64,000 bases of DNA from a virus. Below are positions 28,407 through 39,689 of the stretch, piece after piece. The notes beneath the pieces were generated by a model that made no database searches, was not told where the DNA came from, and was given only the letters and a program-made list of their open reading frames with translations. The position numbers and the translations under genes are program-made. The first letter of the stretch is position 1. Each line of letters starts with the position of its first letter. The stretch is taken from the IMG/VR virus record IMGVR_UViG_3300000976_000010. One strand, 5' to 3'.

Positions 28407-30887
28407 ATGAAAAATCTTTCTCAGCTCGGTTTAAATCTTAAAACGCTAAAGATTAGCGATATGGGAACTTTGGTTTCTTCGCTAAACTATAACTTTTCTA
28501 TGCTCCTAAAGCTCCCTGCATTTAAGGGAATAAAAGGAGACGAGGGAGACGATGGGATAGGAATTTCGGGTGTTAGAGGTTCTGCTTGGTCTGTAATAGA
28601 CACCACATTAAGCACGGACATTTTAAGTTTTTATAACCTAAATTCTCCGAATCAGATAACATTATCATTCGTCAACACACAACTATCTTTTGATTTGCCC
28701 AATTTTTTGATAAATTTTGGCTATTCGGAATTGGTTGATGGGGATATACTAGTTCTGCCCGATTTAAGTGTAATTACATACGATGAATTGCAGACACAAT
28801 TCACAGACACGGGAATTACCTTTTCAAATGGATCATCCCTAACCGTTAGTCAGGTTCAGACTATTGTTACCAATATGCTTTCAGGAGTAAGCTCGAATGA
28901 CTCTGTGGATACAATATTTTTGGCCGTGGCAAAGCTATACTCTGATTTGGGAGGAGGCATAAACACGACTTCAAATAATGATAGTGTGCTAGATATTCCT
29001 GTTGTCGGTGCAGGGGGAGGTGTTCAATTGCCTGACTACAAGATAATATCCCCAAAAGAAAGTAAGTTAGCGGTGACAGATAATCCCATGTATGTTAGGG
29101 GTGTTAGTCAAGACTATCATACTCTTGTACAATCAACTCTAACAGTTGATACGCATGATTATGCAGCAGGTGTAGACAATACACCAATAATGACAATTTT
29201 GCAGAATGATTATAAAAGTGGATTATTCTTAGGCCATCGGCACGAGACCTCAATGAGACTTTTTTCTAAGATATACAAAACAGGTTCAAACTCTTTAAGA
29301 ATAACAAGTAGGAATGAGCTTAACGATGAGAACATGGCGTTTTTGGACTTAGGGGCTGTGGAGGCTACTCTTTTTGCAAAGGACACGGTAAAAATAGGTA
29401 CACAATCAGCCAATGGAAGCCTAGAAATATTAACTGAAACAGTAATTCAAAAATTTTTAACATTAGATAGCATCAGTGAATTTGGGAATTCTATTGATGG
29501 TCTTAGATTAAATACAAGGTTCGATGAATTATTCATATATTCAGATATAGGCCAAGAAGCAAATTTTCTATCCCTAAACAATAATAAACTCGTTGATTCG
29601 GGATATGGCGTTTCAATAAATTATTTAGATAATAGCCCGACACAATTAGTAACATCTGATTTAATGCAACAAATGGCTGCTGCATTACAGGGAAACATAA
29701 ATAACAATAGCACAAATATAGGGAATTTCATTCAGCAAATAATGGATGAAAACCATTTCATACAAAGAGGGACAGCCCCACAAGATTTGAACCTTGCTAT
29801 TAATGCAGGAATATATGAAATATCTCCCAATCAACCGCTTCAATATAGTAATATGCCTTTACAGGGAGGCGTAAACCCCACACTAATTGATTTGTCATCG
29901 GGTGGAACGGATGGTGGTCAGTTATTAACATTTAGGTACGATGAAAATAAAACGCTTTCATTCTCTTCATATGGAACAATTTTTCAAGTACTTGTAATGA
30001 ATATCCCTCCTGATTTTGCTCTTGATCCACCACCGCGCGATAGGGGGCAAAGTATATTTATGCGTAATGCCACCAATTCGTCAGGAAGTTGGTTATTTAC
30101 TCCTTGGTCATTAATGTATCATACAAGCAATTATGATATGCAAGGGACAGGTTTGCAATTCGTTTATGAGCTTTTGGATAACAAGTTCACTTTAAATTTG
30201 GAAGGTGGTGTATCATCTCACACGTCACTTTCTACAGGAGTTAATTATCCAACCGCCTCTATTGTTGAGCCTATCGTGCAGAACTTGTCAGTAGACACAC
30301 ATGGGCGTGTGCATAGCGCAACAATCTCTGACATGAATGAGATAATGAAAAAATACGTTCCCGAAGGAACTGTTATCATGTGGTCAGGAGACTTAATTGC
30401 ACAGCAGGCAATAATGGCAAATAATGGTTGGCTGCTGTGTAATTCTACGGGTAATAGCATAAATAGCATAGTGCCCGATTTATCAGGGAGATTTATAGCA
30501 GCGTTGGATCAGGGAAATCTTAATTTTGATACAATTGGAAAAGCAACAGATAACCAATATAACTCACAGGGTATTACTGTGACAGGAGAGGGTGGGGCAG
30601 CTTTGGTAAGAAAGATAAATCTTCCTAGCATAAACCTAACTGTTCAGGGAAATTCAATAGAAGATACGCCAACAATTCCACCCTTCCTAAGTCAGGCATA
30701 CGGACTTTTCCCGAATATTAACTCAGACCCCGTTACTTATAACACTGTTTTAAATTCAGATCCAAATAAAACAGAGGCGAATTTAACAAGGCAGTATGCC
30801 CTTCAAACAGAACTTTTAGGAAATGACATACCAATACAAGTTTTGCCAAGATACTACACGCTTGCATTCTTCTGCAAGGTGTACTAA
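28407..30887 (+). CDS. Tail fibre/baseplate fibre protein with a C-terminal tail-collar-like domain
   Basis: Short Gly-x-y stretch GIKGDEGDDGIG; VPEGTVIMWSG..GWLLCN..VPDLSGRFI..LPRYYTLAFFCKV collar signature. Confidence 0.75.
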   Translation: MKNLSQLGLNLKTLKISDMGTLVSSLNYNFSMLLKLPAFKGIKGDEGDDGIGISGVRGSAWSVIDTTLSTDILSFYNLNSPNQITLSFVNTQLSFDLPNFLINFGYSELVDGDILVLPDLSVITYDELQTQFTDTGITFSNGSSLTVSQVQTIVTNMLSGVSSNDSVDTIFLAVAKLYSDLGGGINTTSNNDSVLDIPVVGAGGGVQLPDYKIISPKESKLAVTDNPMYVRGVSQDYHTLVQSTLTVDTHDYAAGVDNTPIMTILQNDYKSGLFLGHRHETSMRLFSKIYKTGSNSLRITSRNELNDENMAFLDLGAVEATLFAKDTVKIGTQSANGSLEILTETVIQKFLTLDSISEFGNSIDGLRLNTRFDELFIYSDIGQEANFLSLNNNKLVDSGYGVSINYLDNSPTQLVTSDLMQQMAAALQGNINNNSTNIGNFIQQIMDENHFIQRGTAPQDLNLAINAGIYEISPNQPLQYSNMPLQGGVNPTLIDLSSGGTDGGQLLTFRYDENKTLSFSSYGTIFQVLVMNIPPDFALDPPPRDRGQSIFMRNATNSSGSWLFTPWSLMYHTSNYDMQGTGLQFVYELLDNKFTLNLEGGVSSHTSLSTGVNYPTASIVEPIVQNLSVDTHGRVHSATISDMNEIMKKYVPEGTVIMWSGDLIAQQAIMANNGWLLCNSTGNSINSIVPDLSGRFIAALDQGNLNFDTIGKATDNQYNSQGITVTGEGGAALVRKINLPSINLTVQGNSIEDTPTIPPFLSQAYGLFPNINSDPVTYNTVLNSDPNKTEANLTRQYALQTELLGNDIPIQVLPRYYTLAFFCKVY

Positions 30888-30934
30888 ATTAAATAATACA
30901 TACATTAATAATAGTACTGCATAAACTAAATGGT

Positions 30935-31615
30935 GTGGAAACGGAAAACAATAATAAGGATACAGTCGTCCAAGAAAAAACGGGTTCAGGTCAAGAATTC
31001 ACAAAATCGAAGGATTTTGCTAGGGTTAGCAATATGGTAGTAGTATTATTAACAATGCTTGAAAGACTTAGTATTCTTAAGATTTTTTTTGGTTTAATAA
31101 TAGCATACAGCTTTTTTATACCAATTTACTTTAAGGAGGAGGTAAAAAACTATTTTTATAAAAAAAACGAGTATGTTAAAATAAATGATTTAAAATGTGT
31201 TTCAGATATACTCTACAAAACACAAAAAGAACAATCAATTTATGGGATAGAGCTATACCTTTTCCAACCCAAGGGAGTTTCAAAAAAATTTGCACAACGC
31301 TTTTTTAGTAAATGTCAAGATAATATAAGAACTCCTGAAAAAATGCCAATAAAGGATATACATGATACATACAGCACGTTAACCAATAAGTCTTTATGTA
31401 TAAAAGATGGAAATAATGGAATGAGTGGAGATTTAATCGGCTTTGCTGTTGGTTCATCCAAAGTTAAAGAAATGGCCTACATTTTTAAAATTTCCGATCC
31501 CAATGGAGGTGTCTATGGAATGATAATAATTTATTCGGAAAAAATACTTCCGACTAAAAGTATAATAAGCCTAGCAGGCGTGTCTAAATATCTATTTACA
31601 TATTGCGATAAATAA
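30935..31615 (+). CDS. Membrane protein with a soluble GAF-like domain (T4 holin T-like?)
   Basis: N-terminal TM segments, then GIELYLFQP...YIFKISDPNGGVYGMIIIY; GTG start. Confidence 0.4.
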   Translation: METENNNKDTVVQEKTGSGQEFTKSKDFARVSNMVVVLLTMLERLSILKIFFGLIIAYSFFIPIYFKEEVKNYFYKKNEYVKINDLKCVSDILYKTQKEQSIYGIELYLFQPKGVSKKFAQRFFSKCQDNIRTPEKMPIKDIHDTYSTLTNKSLCIKDGNNGMSGDLIGFAVGSSKVKEMAYIFKISDPNGGVYGMIIIYSEKILPTKSIISLAGVSKYLFTYCDK

Positions 31616-31621
31616 AAAACC

Positions 31622-32200
31622 ATGAGCCATAAAAAAATAAAAAAAATAGCAAACAAAACCAAAGCCGCTACTTTGGCTATTATGAAATTAGCCACTGCAA
31701 TTATAACTATTTTAGTCCTTTCTCAATTTTTAGTTAGTTCCTATTTAATTGAAAGTTATAAATTAAAAAGTGATAAGCGAGTTATCATTTCACCACAAGA
31801 CGTTGAGCATTTGATTAAAAATTTTAATGATAATACGCTCAATGCAAATGGGGTGATAGTTTACATTTATCAACCTGTAAAGAAGTGTAACTATAAGGAA
31901 ATGTCGGCTTCATTTTTTGATGAAAAGACTTCAAACACATTTCTTAGAACTAGAACCTTAAAGTCAGATGGTGATATTATGCTGAGTCTACAGGAATATG
32001 GATATTGCTTATATCACAGATATGATAGTGATCTATGTGAAAATTTGAAAGGGTGTGAATGTATTATTATACTTCCTATAAAAAATGATGGTGTTATAAT
32101 TGGAGAAGCTTGGGGCGTTTATACCACTAACCCCGTGCCATTATTCAATCCCCAAGCAGCAGCTAAGGAGTTGGGATTGTTATCACGTGCGCTTAATTGA
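31622..32200 (+). CDS. Single-pass membrane protein with a GAF-like domain, paralogue of the previous gene
   Basis: TM at about aa 18-42, then GVIVYIYQP...IILPIKNDGVIIGEAWGVY. Confidence 0.4.
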   Translation: MSHKKIKKIANKTKAATLAIMKLATAIITILVLSQFLVSSYLIESYKLKSDKRVIISPQDVEHLIKNFNDNTLNANGVIVYIYQPVKKCNYKEMSASFFDEKTSNTFLRTRTLKSDGDIMLSLQEYGYCLYHRYDSDLCENLKGCECIIILPIKNDGVIIGEAWGVYTTNPVPLFNPQAAAKELGLLSRALN

Positions 32201-32205
32201 TTATA

Positions 32206-33894
32206 ATGAGCTATCTAGCATTTTTTGAAAACGAGGCAATAGAAATATACATATTCAATTCGTTGGATTGGAAGGTAAACAGTATAAATTCTGTTTGGGG
32301 GGGATCCATTTTAGATTATGACTATGATATAAAATATTCCTACACAATTAATGGAACGGTATACTCCGACTTCTTTGAAGAAAACATATTCAACACAATT
32401 ATACAAGGCTTAAATTATACAAATTTACAAATAAAAGCTAAGGTTGATGTTAAGCCCAATAAAATAACATACAATCCAATTTTTCTTGATTCCATTAGCG
32501 CGGATGGAATAAAGCTATGTGTTCAATCGGTTGAAATGGCCGAAAATGTACCAACGTTTAAAAATGTTGTTAATGCGAACATTCTAAGATACCATGATGA
32601 TTTAACTCGTGTACATGAACTTAGGCGTGTGTTAAATTATACTATGACCAAAAATATGGGGTTTCCTGTAACGTATTTCAGAACTGAAAGCAGTGGTAGG
32701 AACTTGACATTTAAAGTATACACCTTACACAATGTTGTGGAGCATGGCGAAATGATGGTCGTCATGAATAAAGAAAATACACCCGAAGATGAGATTTCCA
32801 TAGACGAGTTCCAACTTTATTATGGAGGCATTAAAATATATATAGACCTAACTGAATGGAATTCTAAGTTTAGTGCCCCTCCCACCCCCAAAGACTCTGT
32901 TTATATAGAATATTTTAATAGAAGAATGACTGTTTCAAAGGTTGTCGGAGATGTGCATTTTATGGATAAATTTGTCGCTTATGAAGTGTCGTTAATAAAA
33001 TATGTAGATGATGCTACTGTCAATGATAGTGACGTGGAGCACATAACGGAAGACTTTAGCAATTTTATTGATGGTGCAGGGATAATGCAATCAATTGGAG
33101 AAAATAAAGAATATATAGAAGCCACACGAGCCGATAGCAGTATTCAAGATACAGAGCTAAGTTTGGGAACTAATAGTCATAACTATCACTCTTCACTAAC
33201 CTACAGAATAAATGAAATAGGAGCAAGCAGGGCTTCTATACTACATAATGGTATAGTTGGGGCTGATTGGGTCTATCTAAGCCCCGATGTAACAAGTTCT
33301 GAAATAATGCTTAGGTATGATGTGAATAAATACAACACCGACACATTTTCACTTTCATTTTGGGTTAAGTTTAGCGTTATTAACGATAAGTATATTTATC
33401 AAACCAAAGTGGGAGAAGATATTTCACACTTATTCATGTTAAATAAAGAGGGGGGAGTAACTTTACAGGTGTTTAGTGGTTCAAATTCCATTAAGTACAA
33501 GACTATACCAAGCAAAAAGATTGTTGTGGGGGAGTACTATAATTTTCACATCAATAAAACACAATCGCATATAACAATTTTTATAAGTTCGTATGATTCC
33601 GAATTGGGATTGCTCAATAGCATTCAGGAAGGCGTTTATGTGAATAGAATTGACGATAATAGAATTGAGGAATTGGAATTTTTATGCAATGAAGAGCAGC
33701 ACGAGTTGGGGATGATTAAAATGAACGATAGCATTGTTACAAAGTCAGGTTTACAAAATCATTTATTCCCGATAAAACACTTTGATAGTATCTTAACAGA
33801 TGATAGCAAGATAATACAAGTAAATAAGCGGTTATTAATTCGAGATAACAATGACATTTATGGTCTGTCTGATGATTATTTGGGGGGATGTTAA
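32206..33894 (+). CDS. Neck/head-closure protein (gp14-like) with a C-terminal LamG/ConA-like extension
   Basis: PPTPKDSVYIEYFNRRMTVSKV..YEVSLIKY resembles gp14 PxEGDLIY..FEIxxVE..YxLxC; FSLSFWVKF LamG-like strand. Confidence 0.5.
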   Translation: MSYLAFFENEAIEIYIFNSLDWKVNSINSVWGGSILDYDYDIKYSYTINGTVYSDFFEENIFNTIIQGLNYTNLQIKAKVDVKPNKITYNPIFLDSISADGIKLCVQSVEMAENVPTFKNVVNANILRYHDDLTRVHELRRVLNYTMTKNMGFPVTYFRTESSGRNLTFKVYTLHNVVEHGEMMVVMNKENTPEDEISIDEFQLYYGGIKIYIDLTEWNSKFSAPPTPKDSVYIEYFNRRMTVSKVVGDVHFMDKFVAYEVSLIKYVDDATVNDSDVEHITEDFSNFIDGAGIMQSIGENKEYIEATRADSSIQDTELSLGTNSHNYHSSLTYRINEIGASRASILHNGIVGADWVYLSPDVTSSEIMLRYDVNKYNTDTFSLSFWVKFSVINDKYIYQTKVGEDISHLFMLNKEGGVTLQVFSGSNSIKYKTIPSKKIVVGEYYNFHINKTQSHITIFISSYDSELGLLNSIQEGVYVNRIDDNRIEELEFLCNEEQHELGMIKMNDSIVTKSGLQNHLFPIKHFDSILTDDSKIIQVNKRLLIRDNNDIYGLSDDYLGGC

Positions 33895-33910
33895 CTAATA
33901 AAATTGGTAT

Positions 33911-34708
33911 ATGTTTGATGATACAGAAGACTTCGGTGATTTAATTGATGGTGGCGAAAATATGGAATACAAAGCCACCTACAAAAAAATTAAAATAAAA
34001 AAGGTAGAGCTTGAGATAGAAAAACTATGCCGCAAATTCGTTCATTCCATGGCCGATGTTTATGCAGGTCTTGACTTGGAAACAGACATAGAGGGCGCGG
34101 AGACGGATTCTATTAGTGATGTTGTCACATACACCAACAAATATAAAATAGCAGCAGCAAATCAAGCTAGAATGGAGGAATTTTCACTAAAAACAATGAT
34201 GTTTCAGGTGAAAATGGGTAAACATGTCTTAAAGTCTCTCGTTAGCCATTTAAATGGTGGTGGTCAAGTAGACGACACTCTTTTTGATAGAATATTTAAG
34301 GCACAGACATCACTTAGTAATGTTACACAGATATTATATAAATATATGAGAACACTACCAACACACTTCAAGACCATAGCAGAAGAAATGAAGACCTTTG
34401 AAAGGGCGGTTGAGGAAGAATATGATTATCACGATTATGAAGAGGCGGACGGAGAAGAACTAGAGATGTTAGAGGCTTCATCAGATGATTACACAATGCT
34501 AGATAAGCCTTGTCGTGGTCATGGGGCACTCCTAGATAGACTTAGTGAGGTAATGGAAGCCCAAAAAAAGGAGCTAGAAAAAGATATAACGGATGCCGAT
34601 AAAATTGATGTGACCAAAGAGGGCAATATCGGAATGAACCCCCTTAGAGGCGAAGACGGTAAAATAGATACCAATGCTCTTTTAGGTGATGACTCCAATT
34701 CGAGTTAA
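33911..34708 (+). CDS. Acidic helical hypothetical protein (possibly small-terminase-like)
   Basis: 265 aa; helical core flanked by acidic tails; the assignment is only a guess from composition. Confidence 0.4.
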   Translation: MFDDTEDFGDLIDGGENMEYKATYKKIKIKKVELEIEKLCRKFVHSMADVYAGLDLETDIEGAETDSISDVVTYTNKYKIAAANQARMEEFSLKTMMFQVKMGKHVLKSLVSHLNGGGQVDDTLFDRIFKAQTSLSNVTQILYKYMRTLPTHFKTIAEEMKTFERAVEEEYDYHDYEEADGEELEMLEASSDDYTMLDKPCRGHGALLDRLSEVMEAQKKELEKDITDADKIDVTKEGNIGMNPLRGEDGKIDTNALLGDDSNSS

Positions 34709-34876
34709 TATTAAATTATAAAACAGATTTTGTGCTATTTTTCCAATAAATTCACATAACATACAAATATTTTTTTTCGGACAATCCTATTTTATTTAAA
34801 AAAGTAGGCGACATTTTTGTTTAATTCGGATTTAATTATTAAATTTTAGTATTGATAACATTTAAAAGAATTAAAA

Positions 34877-35059
34877 ATGGAAAATGAAGTGTGGGATTTT
34901 TACTATTCTAAGGAAGCTTATAACTATTGGAAAAAGTTAAATCGGAATAGTGAGATTCATAATGAAACGGTTGGCTTTGTAAAAGGTATTGCATTTACCG
35001 AAATGATAAGCAGTGGCCTTAAGCCTCTTGGTAATTTTAACGATGCTATTATGGTTTAA
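34877..35059 (+). CDS. Hypothetical protein
   Basis: 60-aa ORF; weak host-type promoter TTTG-N20-TAAATTTT at 34816-34847. Confidence 0.5.
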   Translation: MENEVWDFYYSKEAYNYWKKLNRNSEIHNETVGFVKGIAFTEMISSGLKPLGNFNDAIMV

Positions 35060-35282
35060 GGATTTTGTAGTAAAATTCCCAAAAAATGTGATGGGTCACT
35101 AGTTATGCACCATTTAATAAAAGACATACTAGAATACAGAATACCCTCAAAGCAAAATTCCCTACCTTATAATTTTTAAGTTACAAACTTTGTAAAAGAG
35201 TTGAATAGGAGAGGTTATGATACAAAACCCTAAAATTCTCAATTGAACTTAAGAAATAAAACATTATATTAATACACCCACT

Positions 35283-35540
35283 ATGGAAAAGGAGCGTCAA
35301 GCTATTAGAAAGATCATTGGTGAACATGTTAAAGATTGTCCTAGTATATTAAGCCTTGAGAACGCTATCATTTCATTTTTTAAGCTTGAGAAGCAAAGTG
35401 TTTCAACAAATGATAATAATGAGCAGAAACGGGAGCTTTTGATGGATTATGAAAAATTTATATCAAATCTTATTTGTGGGGAGGAAGACAATAGAAACGA
35501 AAAGTCATTGGTTAATGCTTACCTAGATTCAATTGATTAA
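35283..35540 (+). CDS. Hypothetical protein
   Basis: 85-aa ORF. Confidence 0.6.
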   Translation: MEKERQAIRKIIGEHVKDCPSILSLENAIISFFKLEKQSVSTNDNNEQKRELLMDYEKFISNLICGEEDNRNEKSLVNAYLDSID

Positions 35541-35599
35541 AATAACCACCTTTAGTGTTCTAGTTAAAGCACAAATTCGTTAATATTTTAAATACAAAA

Positions 35600-35606
35600 G
35601 TACATA
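35600..35606 (+). promoter_or_regulatory. Candidate late promoter (GTACATA)
   Basis: 60 nt upstream of ATG 35667. Confidence 0.45.
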
Positions 35607-35666
35607 AACAAAATGGATAAGCGTTAATATAACTAAGGCGGTTCGTTTTAAGAAACATGAATTAAT

Positions 35667-38600
35667 ATGCCATTTAAAGACGAAGTACTAAATCACAAAC
35701 TCCTAAAGAATTCCTTTTCAATAAGTTCGGCCAACCCTAAATTTTCGGGAAATTTAAAGATTCTTATTGATGATGGATTGTATTATATGGAGAGTATATC
35801 CGCCAATGAGGAATTGAACCGATCAACCTTAAAAACCTTCATTCTAGACACAACGAAGCCCCTTCGTTCCAATATAAAGAATTTTTGTAATTTAATACCC
35901 AACAAAACTGCTTTATACACACTCCCCGATCCCAATTTTGGTGTTGTTGATGAATATGTTTCACAACCATCAAACCTATATAGATATGGTGCTATAAGTG
36001 ACACTGATAAAAGGGTTGATTCGACACATAGATTCTTTGCCCCCCTATTCATTGGCGATGATGGTATACCTGACGGCTTTTCTATTTTTAAGGTTAAGCG
36101 TGGAACTATTAGCGGAAACACGATAGCCCTAACCGACCCCAATACCTTAAATGTATTAACCAATGAAAATTGTGAATTGGTCAAATATTATGATTTAACC
36201 GATTCTTCCAAAATAGGTCTTTTTTTACAGGAGCATGTAAGAGAAATACAAGAAAGGGAAATGGGAATTAGTATTAATTTTAACGATACCGTTTCTGTTG
36301 TTGGAATTGATATTAATTCAGGGGTTATAACGGAAAGAGATGCCTATATTAATAGCGATCTGATGTCAGAAATGACAATAACTGAATCAGAGGCTCAGAT
36401 AACAAATTCGTTTGAAAGGACTAATATGATAGACCCTAGATTTATTAATCTAGAATTCACTTTCAATTTGGATTTAAGTAATATTGATAATAATGATAAT
36501 TTTGTTGAATTGGTTGGTTTTTATGTAAAGAATGATCCTATATCAGAAAATGATTTAGACCCTTTCAATTCTATACACATTGCTAATTCAGATACTTATA
36601 TACAAGTTGATTCTCCTGTTTTACTATCCGAGCCTTTATATAATAGAGTTGGATCATTTAGGGGGGCTAGTATCGGGATTTCAAAACCACCTATAGGAAT
36701 AATTATATTTAACGGAATACCAAATATAAACCAACGGTTTTCTTTTGAGTATGGAGGCACTGTTGAAATATCCCTGACTATATCAGAAGATTTGAGGGGT
36801 GTAGATATAAAATCAACTATAGACCTATTAAGCGACAAGTTGACAGAAGAGTTTCGTAATAATGCAACAAATCTTGTACTTAAATTTTCTAGGTTTGGGA
36901 ATAATGAACTACATGTAATATCCACCATTGCCTCCCCTATTTTAGAAGGGGTTAAAATAACAGAAATGCCGTTGGTTTGCCATGTTTTACCACCTTTCAT
37001 TGGTAGTTTCTCATCAACACCAAATCTTATAGGGACAAATAAAAATACAATAACACTCTCATCTAAGAGTATAGCGTCTGACATTGATGCCATTGAATTT
37101 TCGGATGGGACTATTGCTGTTCCACTTCTAGGATTTAGATATTTATCCAATTACGCATATCAAACAAACAAAGACTTGAGTGGTAAAGGGCTTTTGGATA
37201 TAAAACTACTTAAAGAACGATCAGTTGAATACTACAGAGTAAACAACTTGGAACATAGAAAATTTGATTATAACAGAGACGTTAGTTATCACTCAGACCC
37301 CCTAGATTTTAATTTGGAAAGCTATTACAACTACTTAATTAATAAAGTGAATAGCCAAGTTTTTTATGGTAAACTTCCACAAACTTCAACACCCACAGAA
37401 CTCCTTTTATACAAAGGGGAGCTTTTATCGGTAATAAATAGGTACTTTGATAGTATAGGCATTCTGTCAAGAGAAATGTTGGTTGAAAAAATAAACAAAA
37501 GCGATTTCTCTTTTTCTACAACCGAAAGTGAATACACACCTTTACAAGAATATAACGAATTGTCATTACTTGAAAATTCGTTATATGAATGGGTGGCAAA
37601 GTTTGCCATAAGGGATGGAAAAGATGTTACCAATGCCCCTCAAAGATTCAACACATCCATGATATTTAGGTATGATAGTTTCACGCCATCACTTAATATA
37701 CCTAGTAGAAGCTTAGGCCAATTTACACATTCTTGGTATTTAATAGGATCGGGTACACCACCTTGGTATAATCAAGAAACAATTGATGGATATACAAGAA
37801 ATTCTGTCAGCGAGTCTATTATTTTGGATAAGAATATAAACACTTATGGAAATGACATTTTTGAATGGTCAGTTATAAAAACAGATCCAAGTAGTAATAT
37901 CACATCAACCTTTTTCAGGGGGGTTCGCCTTATTTTTCCCCCCGATTACAATGGGTATAAATTCTCTTCCATACTTATTTCAAACACCGCTCCTAGTGGA
38001 AGCGATGTTGAATTGAAAGTATTAAAAAATTCAACGTTTAAGACGCTAACACTTGTCGTTAATCAATTTATACCTGAACCAATACTAACAGGCTTAGAGG
38101 TGGCAGGAGATTACAATTTAGATAGGTCGTTGCTTTATTATTCAGCAGGAGGGAACACCACCGAAACCTCCTTGGCCTCTATTGGGGTAGAGCCAATCTC
38201 TCTACTGCTTTTCGAGAACACAACCGATAAATTTTATAACAATGTTTTGGTGGGCAGCGAATGGATTTACAATGATTTAGGTACAAATATAGCACATATA
38301 AAACTAAACACTGCTATTAATAACTTCGACCTTAGAACAATGTTAAATGTTGGCAGCAATTTGCAAATTTTTTATGGTGATATAAACCCTTTATCAACGA
38401 CTACATTTGGAATACAAATTGATTTTAAGAATATTGTAGAAGTGAAATCTGACTATTTTTGGTGTACCGAAATTGATGTTTTAATTAAGGAGAATGGGAT
38501 TTTAACACCAAGTATAGAAGTCGTGGGTGATTACGTGGCAGACAATACAATACTTTTTAACGATAACAGATATGCCACAACAGAAAGTATAGCAAGATAC

Positions 38601-39518
38601 AACGCATCATTTAATAGGACTATATCTAATAATTTGAATAATGATAGATATGAATTAATTTCATTGGGGAATATCAGTGAAACGATGAATAGTGGCGCAA
38701 TAATTATGCTAGATGATAATTTGTTGGAGGGGGTAATAAATATAAACACTGCATTTAGGAATGAGATTCCCTTAAATCAATCTTTGGTTTATGATTACAC
38801 CTCATTCTCTGTTTCTAGGGAAGCCGAGGTGCATCAATTTTCCGCAACTAGACCTTCTTTCTTTTATGATCCAATAACATCTGTTATTGTTCCTCAACAA
38901 AAAGAACGAATAGATATATCCCACAAAGATTATGTTTGGTTTAGAAAGGCTTCAAAGTCTTTGGACATAATAAACACATCAAATAAAAGCAGAATCAATC
39001 AAAACATTCCAATTCTTGAAAAGGAAGTTGGTAGTTTTAATTTTGATAAATACTACTCTTATAGTCTTAACAAAAATGACATATCAGAGGTTAAGTGGAT
39101 GTATAACCCAAGTGAAATAAAGGGTTATTTATCAAAGGTTATAAGTGTGCCTTCGTCTTTAATTATAGAATCACAATTTAATGGTGGCAAAATTGATATA
39201 AACCAAACATTAAAGGGATATGCTAATAAAATAATGAATAAGCAAGGACTACTTGACTACGAATTTATTAAGATTGATTACTCAACAGCCTTTAGGATTT
39301 ATGGCATTAGCACGGATAATATGTCAGACGAAGAAATACGCAATGTAATAGTAACATCATTTATTAAAAATGTTTTGATAACTGTATTGCGTGTGGAAAG
39401 TGTTGAGATAGATGGTATAAATTACGACACGACCGAAGAAAGAAACAATACAATTAAAATACTATCACTCGATAGTAACCTAAGTGGTACATGCACTGTT
39501 AAATTTACACATCAATAA
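35667..39518 (+). CDS. Large probable virion (baseplate/tail-associated) protein
   Basis: 1283 aa, N/S/T/I-rich beta composition, GTACATA upstream. Confidence 0.55.
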   Translation: MPFKDEVLNHKLLKNSFSISSANPKFSGNLKILIDDGLYYMESISANEELNRSTLKTFILDTTKPLRSNIKNFCNLIPNKTALYTLPDPNFGVVDEYVSQPSNLYRYGAISDTDKRVDSTHRFFAPLFIGDDGIPDGFSIFKVKRGTISGNTIALTDPNTLNVLTNENCELVKYYDLTDSSKIGLFLQEHVREIQEREMGISINFNDTVSVVGIDINSGVITERDAYINSDLMSEMTITESEAQITNSFERTNMIDPRFINLEFTFNLDLSNIDNNDNFVELVGFYVKNDPISENDLDPFNSIHIANSDTYIQVDSPVLLSEPLYNRVGSFRGASIGISKPPIGIIIFNGIPNINQRFSFEYGGTVEISLTISEDLRGVDIKSTIDLLSDKLTEEFRNNATNLVLKFSRFGNNELHVISTIASPILEGVKITEMPLVCHVLPPFIGSFSSTPNLIGTNKNTITLSSKSIASDIDAIEFSDGTIAVPLLGFRYLSNYAYQTNKDLSGKGLLDIKLLKERSVEYYRVNNLEHRKFDYNRDVSYHSDPLDFNLESYYNYLINKVNSQVFYGKLPQTSTPTELLLYKGELLSVINRYFDSIGILSREMLVEKINKSDFSFSTTESEYTPLQEYNELSLLENSLYEWVAKFAIRDGKDVTNAPQRFNTSMIFRYDSFTPSLNIPSRSLGQFTHSWYLIGSGTPPWYNQETIDGYTRNSVSESIILDKNINTYGNDIFEWSVIKTDPSSNITSTFFRGVRLIFPPDYNGYKFSSILISNTAPSGSDVELKVLKNSTFKTLTLVVNQFIPEPILTGLEVAGDYNLDRSLLYYSAGGNTTETSLASIGVEPISLLLFENTTDKFYNNVLVGSEWIYNDLGTNIAHIKLNTAINNFDLRTMLNVGSNLQIFYGDINPLSTTTFGIQIDFKNIVEVKSDYFWCTEIDVLIKENGILTPSIEVVGDYVADNTILFNDNRYATTESIARYNASFNRTISNNLNNDRYELISLGNISETMNSGAIIMLDDNLLEGVININTAFRNEIPLNQSLVYDYTSFSVSREAEVHQFSATRPSFFYDPITSVIVPQQKERIDISHKDYVWFRKASKSLDIINTSNKSRINQNIPILEKEVGSFNFDKYYSYSLNKNDISEVKWMYNPSEIKGYLSKVISVPSSLIIESQFNGGKIDINQTLKGYANKIMNKQGLLDYEFIKIDYSTAFRIYGISTDNMSDEEIRNVIVTSFIKNVLITVLRVESVEIDGINYDTTEERNNTIKILSLDSNLSGTCTVKFTHQ

Positions 39519-39688
39519 TGAATAAATTAGCATTTCTAAAAAGTAAGCTGAAGCAATTAAAGACGCTAGAAGAGTATTACAGAACATTAAATGACCCCAA
39601 ATCTAGCGATTTATCAAACGCGATTTCCACAATAGACGAAATTGGTGTGCTTTCAAAAAAAATAAAAAAGCTAGAAAAAGGGAAATAA
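39518..39688 (+). CDS. Small basic coiled-coil protein (not in ORF track)
   Basis: TAATG stop/start overlap; MNKLAFLKSKLKQLKTLEE...KGK, 56 aa. Confidence 0.6.
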   Translation: MNKLAFLKSKLKQLKTLEEYYRTLNDPKSSDLSNAISTIDEIGVLSKKIKKLEKGK

Positions 39689-39689
39689 C

